From assembly GCA_001949185.1 (NCBI GenBank), contig BDGG01000002.1:2229826-2293825 (forward strand): DNA of 64,000 nucleotides. The letters run 5' to 3'. The stretch's first letter is position 1, and the number at the start of each line of letters is the position of its first letter. The translations under genes were made by a program, and so were the position numbers. This document shows, piece after piece, positions 61,991-64,000 of this stretch. The notes beneath the pieces were generated by a model. It was given only the letters and a program-made list of their open reading frames with translations. It searched no databases and had not been told where the DNA came from. This DNA is from Ramazzottius varieornatus. Taxonomy: Eukaryota > Animalia > Tardigrada.

Positions 61991-63891
61991 ATGGACCTGG
62001 ATGATGAGACGAGTGGAAGCGACAGCGATGGAGAGGAAGACAGCGCGGAAACCATTGCCGAACCCGACGGGGTAGAAGTGGAAGCTGAGCAGTCTGATAC
62101 GCTGAGTGACGACGACGATGGCGTCTTGTACCAACTGAACGACGTGAGCCCGTTCCTTGCCCGAAATCCCGACATAAAGTGGGAACGCTTTCCTCTAGAC
62201 AGTGGTAAAACTCGAACTGTCAATAAGATGACCGGTCAGCTTGGCGTTACTCCCAGCGCGAGATCGCGAGTCGTGACGCTCATGGACACGTTCAACCTTT
62301 TCTTCACGCCACAAGTGAAAGATCTGATCATCCGGTTCGCAAATGAAGAGGGGAAAACGCAGTACGGTGATGGCTGGGTCAAACTGGATCCTGTGGTGCT
62401 AGATGCTTACTTGGGAATTCTACTTCTACAGGGAATAATGAATGACGGTACTGTACCAGTGTGTGAACTGTGGAGTGAAAGCGAAGGAAAAGGAGTTTAT
62501 CGCGCCTGTATGTCTCGGGAGTGCTTCACCCAGATTACTTGCAGCTTGCGGTTTGACGTCAAACCTTCTCGAGAAGCCCGGGTAGCGACTAACAAGATGG
62601 CCCACGTCCAGGAGTTGTTTGACTTGTGGAGTAAAGCGCTTCGCGAGAATTACCTTCCCTACGAATTTCTGTGCGTGGACGAACAACTCTTTCCTTTCAA
62701 AGGACGGTGCGGCTTCAAGCAATATATTCCGATAAAAAACCAAGAAGCAAGTACGGCCTGAAACTTTTTCTCCCTTGTTGCTGTAGGACGCTGTAACATC
62801 CAGCTTTACATCGGAAAGGCTCCTGGTGGAGCGGCTGAGAAGAATCAAAGACAGCGAGTGGTTCTTGATCTGGTGGAATATCTGGGAAACCAGTCGGGAA
62901 GAAACGTGACCACAGGCAATTTCTTCACTTCCTTGACGTTGGGAGAAGCTCTTCTCAAGAAAAATATTTCTCTCATGGGAACAATGCGTAAGAACCATAA
63001 ACAAATTCCTTCCGCCTTCCTGCCAAGCAAGAGCCGCGCTGCATTCTCCTCCTACTTCGTCCACAAGCCCGATTTCACTCTGGTGTCTTCCGTTCCGAAG
63101 AAGGGGAAAGCTGTAGTGCTGTTGAGCTCCATGCATTCTTCCCAGTAAGTGACGAATGACGTATTTGCAAGCCGTAAAGACGTGTGCCCATGTTACACCT
63201 GTGACGTAGTGCGCAACAGGACCAAACTACGCTTGGTGCAGCTGTTGCTCATGACTTCACGACGAATGTGTTGTGAATCAGTATGACCGCTGCACAGCAG
63301 TTTCTCTTTGGTGACGTCACGATTTATTTTTTAGAGGAGTTGATGAGGAAAGCCCTGAAGAGAAACCTGAGATCGTTACGCACTACAATCGTACGAAAGC
63401 CGGAGTAGACACTCTGGATCAGCTGACTGGAAACTACAGTGTTCGTCGGAAAACCTGTAGATGGCCAATGGCGCTATTTTACGATATCGTCAACATCCGC
63501 GTTGAACTCGTACGTTGTATGGACTGAGCTGAACCCGGACTGGCATGCTAAATCTCTCATCCGACGTCGGAAGTACCTACACGAACTTAGCAGGAACCTC
63601 ATGGAAAGCCACTTACGCCGCCGCTTCACCTTCGCCAGTATTCCATCAGATGTAAAGTTGCTGATAAAGATTTCCCTGAATATTCTGTCAGACGGTAAGG
63701 CAGAAAGCAATCCTTCCGTTGCAAGCGGAACCAAGGCACAACAACGCTGCAGATTCTGCCACCATACCACTCAAAAAAGAAGCAGGATCAACTGTAGCTT
63801 CTGTAAGGTTGCTGTTTGTGCTGACCATAGAAGTTTTGTTCAAACGGTGGTCTGTGTCGTATGCGCGAAGACGCAGAATTTACTGAAATAA
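61991..63891 (+). mobile_element. piggyBac (PGBD4-like) transposase pseudogene containing one spliceosomal intron
   Basis: Acidic N-terminus; VDEQLFPFKGRCGFKQYIP; GRNVTTGNFFTS (catalytic D replaced by G); KPEIVTHYNRTKAGVDTLDQ; C-terminal RCRFC...CSFC...VCADH...CVVC. Frameshifts near 62740, 62780 and 63497; intron 63145-63334. TIR/TTAA ends not identified. Confidence 0.9.
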
Positions 63892-64000
63892 ACTTTGAAA
63901 GATGTGTTTCGCTAAGTTGAGAGCTTTTCACATGTTGAAGCAATGGTAACACGCGCCACTTGATACGGGATGTGTGCTACTGGATGTTTCAAGTCCCACC

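Overview
Eukaryotic (animal) genomic DNA with short GT-AG introns and two 50-N gaps. A tardigrade origin is my inference, not proven: an intronless DRW-type GPCR, ANF-receptor/rGC-like ectodomain genes, a solitary Hox3 and compact introns. Genes in order: class A GPCR (+); CNG channel beta-type subunit (-) with one frameshift; a FOLN/WAP secreted protein and a decayed tandem copy; two receptor-guanylate-cyclase-like ectodomain paralogues (one fragment, one with a W->stop); a secreted, probably GPI-anchored alpha-carbonic anhydrase; Hox3, with about 11 kb of gene-poor, homeodomain-site-rich DNA upstream; a transmembrane MACIT collagen; a two-CBM14 chitin-binding mucin with a DD37D (maT) transposon in an intron; small secreted-protein genes; and a dead piggyBac transposase carrying a spliceosomal intron. 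Non-coding DNA is dense in short palindromic elements. One family has arms that co-vary between copies; another forms a palindrome of palindromes. All exon structures were read by eye and no database searches were run.
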